This document shows positions 60,964 to 64,000 of a stretch of 64,000 nt of DNA, in pieces. Within the stretch, counting starts at the first letter, position 1. Each line of letters opens with the position of its first letter. Source of the DNA: Amphiscolops sp. MND2022 (taxonomy: Eukaryota); contig OZ076411.1 in the NCBI GenBank assembly GCA_964187785.1, forward strand, positions 43,400,001 to 43,464,000. Reading direction: 5' to 3'. The notes under the pieces were generated by a model. That model saw only the letters and a list, made by a program, of their open reading frames with translations, was not told where the DNA came from and searched no databases. A program made the position numbers and the translations under genes.

Positions 60964-63900
60964 CAGTGTGCAACATATGAAACCATAGCAACAACGCAGA
61001 AAATGGCTGTCCGCTGGCTAATGTTTGGTCCAGAACATCTGTTCCTGCTCGAAAATGGTCAGAATCGTCGAATGCTTGCGTTCCATTGCCAAATGTTGGG
61101 CGCTTCGCTGGTTCCTACTCCTTCCTAATAAAAATGACGAAAAGTTCAACATGTTCAACTGCCACGTCGATAATTGAATTAGAATTCTCATCATCATCAT
61201 CGCCATCCTCATCATCATGCACTGGAGGGCATTGTTACAAAATGTGAAGTTCATTGCAGTCAACATTGAAATAATAAGTATCCCAGTAATTTTTCCGGTC
61301 TCTCAAGGTGGAATTTCCACGATAGAAGAAATCCTGCGTTGAAGCTGTCATGTCAAATTCTTTTATTCAGTTCTATTTTTGGAATGAAGTCCAAGTAGCA
61401 GATTCATTCAACCAGGTTCCCGGAAATCCAGAAAGTGAACAGATTCCAATTTTGAACACACGCAAACAAATATATCTTCGCCTAGAAAGCACTCTTTTTC
61501 GGACGAAGTTTGAAGTCCTGATGCATTTTGTAGAACTTCGATGCTGAATCCTCATTTAAGCTGCAGATGATTTTGCTAATGTTCAATAATTGGGGAATAG
61601 TGAATCAACGTTCTTCAGGTAATTTATCTTCAGTACTTGAACGATTTTCTCCTCGAACTTCACTCCTCTGTACCCGCCACCATCTTTCATTGACTATCTG
61701 TAAGCGTTGAGTGTCAAAATTTCCCCTGACGTTTTCATCAACCTTGACTGAGGACTTTGCATGGTAAAAAGCACAATTATCAGAGATTCATGTTTGATTT
61801 GACTCCATGAAACGCCTACGTGTCAAAATCAGCAACATCTGATGTCACCGTGAGCAAAATTGATAGTTCTCGATCCCTTTTCCCATTTTCAATTCTTATC
61901 TTCCCTTTGTCTTCAATAATTGCATCATTTAGCATTGAAGAAGTGGGATGAAATCACTAGTTTCCTAAACGTTGAAGTCATTAGGTTCAAGTTCTAAAGA
62001 AATCCAAGTCAGAGAAAACTTCTGGTTGGCACCAGAATTATCTTAATGGAACAAAAAATTCATGGCTTGCAACTCTGTTTTTGAAACAAATATTGATTGA
62101 CTAAACTCACGTTTTTAAACAATTTCTTCTGGTTGTAGTCTAGAAGCGCGAATAACGTCTAAAGTTCTCTGTATTAAGATTGGGAATGAGCTTGAATGAG
62201 TATGATTTGGCCTTAGACGTTATTCCTTAGAGGTTATTCCTGCTCACCGTTGAAGTCGTTGGCGACTCTGCAAAATTTTTTGAGATATGATTAACAAACA
62301 GTTTGTTGGCACATTTTGTATTCTATTAGTAGAATGAGAAAAAGAAGCTCATTGTCGGAAATTGTTGTTTTGACCCTCTTACTAGCATCTTGACTGTCTT
62401 GGCAAGATCTTACGAAATTCTTACTACATCTTGGCAACCATGGAACCCATGGCAAGATTCTTAATAATATCTTACTAAGATAATACATTATTCCAAGATC
62501 GTATCTTGTCTCGATGGACAAAACTCTAAGATTATAAAAAACACTATACCTTCGGTACAAGCAGTCGAGACTCAATCTGAAGCCTCATTTCACCCCACAA
62601 CAAGTATTTCTACTTGTTTTCATAATCAAAATGCTTCAACCCGCTGAGAAAATTTGCAAGCAAAAGTGTGCGAAAAATTACAATAACGTATTCTGGCTTC
62701 CGAAATTCTGTCGAGAATCCTAATAACTCCTCACCTGTTTAAGACTGAGATTGCGAATGTACCAAATGAAAGCTCATATGAAATATTTCAAGGGCTTTTG
62801 AAAACTTGTAACTTATCACTCCTGTCGATTCCAGAGACGGAGAAAAATGGTCTCAAACGTCCAAAGCCACTAACGGAAAGTTACACTAGGAACACTAAAG
62901 AGTCCGGAAATTTTTTGTATATTCATATCTCCATTTTTATTTGAGCCTGTTTCAGCATTTGTTTTACTGCTGGAACTGGTGGTCATTGTCCCGGTTTGGG
63001 CAATGATTCAGCCCGAGGCTTTTCTGACGCCGTAGTTGGCGACGGTTTTGCAATTGATAGAATAATTTAATCAGTGCTCAAATGAACAGCATAAGGACTC
63101 TTCAATCAAATTTTTTACCTTGCTAACAGAAAATTTTAATGTCTAACTATAGAAATCTGCAAAAAGGTTGATTTTTGTTGACATCTTTTCAGATTTTTTT
63201 CAGGTCAAAAAGGATTTTGCAGTAAATATTTTCTTGGGAACATGGCTCTCTTGATAAGATCTTACCATGACATCTTGCAATTCGTGGCACTATTTTGGCA
63301 AGATCTTAGCTAAGATTTTTCCAAGATCTTGGCAAGATATCTATGGGTCGACCCGGGTAGATATATTTTAGCACAAGCCTTAAAAGAGCAATATTGGTGA
63401 ATGTAAGATTACAACAATTTGGGGTACGGAAAACTCAACACACAAAAATTCAACAAAAAAAATCAATACAGAAAATTCAACACTATGTTTTCTTCAAAAA
63501 CAAAACATGAGAATTTAGAACAAAAATTTTTTGTCAAATCATATTCAATTCTAAGTTCACAATTCTTAATTTTAAGTTCGCAAGAAAAAATTACTTAGTA
63601 TGCTTCGTTCAATTAACACATTTCTGACTATGGATTATTCATGTTCACATTTGCCTTATTATTTTCCGCCCATATTTCATATGGGAAAGGAAAATATTTA
63701 AATCAAACGGGTTTTTTTTACAAAATTTGCCAAGAATTATTGTTTACGTAATATGAAGAAGTACATTCACAGAATTCAACTGACATAAATTTAGTTCCAT
63801 GCGATATGTATTTGTAAAGATTTTTGGACTTTTTTGGGAATGACGGAAATGACCCCATAATGACCCAAAAATGACCCCGAAAATGACAAAAATTCAAAAC

Positions 63901-64000
63901 TTTCCCAATTTTCACCGTTTTTATGCATTTTTTGCCATTTTTTCGATAAACATCGTCGATTAGAATGTTGAAAACGTTCAACAAGGCACGAATTCGTTGT

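Noticed and set aside
61018-62300. Acidic DDEDGDDDDE stretch and nearby coding-like sequence
   Set aside because: In-frame stops on both sides, no convincing splice sites and no known domain.

Overview
AT-rich, transposon-dense eukaryotic (invertebrate animal-like) genomic DNA with one 200-N scaffold gap. The species cannot be determined from the sequence. I found no confidently identifiable host gene, RNA gene, CRISPR array or prokaryotic system. Four retroelements dominate. (1) A full-length but mutated RTE/BovB-like LINE (5774-8867, -) with a 12-bp TSD. (2) A complete Gypsy (Mag/K02A2.6-like) LTR element (9881-15895, +) with 196-bp LTRs differing at one base, a GGTTT TSD and a tRNA-Ser PBS. 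(3) A complete BEL/Pao LTR element (31256-38818, -) with identical 142-bp LTRs and an ACATC TSD. (4) A decayed CR1-like LINE (~44850-48450, -). There are also Tc1/mariner remnants, several copies of a DINE-1/HINE-like (non-autonomous Helentron) family, a 22-bp minisatellite and several long perfect hairpins. The most unusual feature is a 19-copy, 74-bp tandem array in the 5' leader of the BEL/Pao element. It lacks AUG on the element's sense strand, and each unit can be folded by eye into two hairpins. Other leads are extra unexplained Pol segments in the Gypsy element and a tRNA-type Pol III promoter inside one HINE-like copy. All family assignments come from motifs read by eye; no database searches were run.
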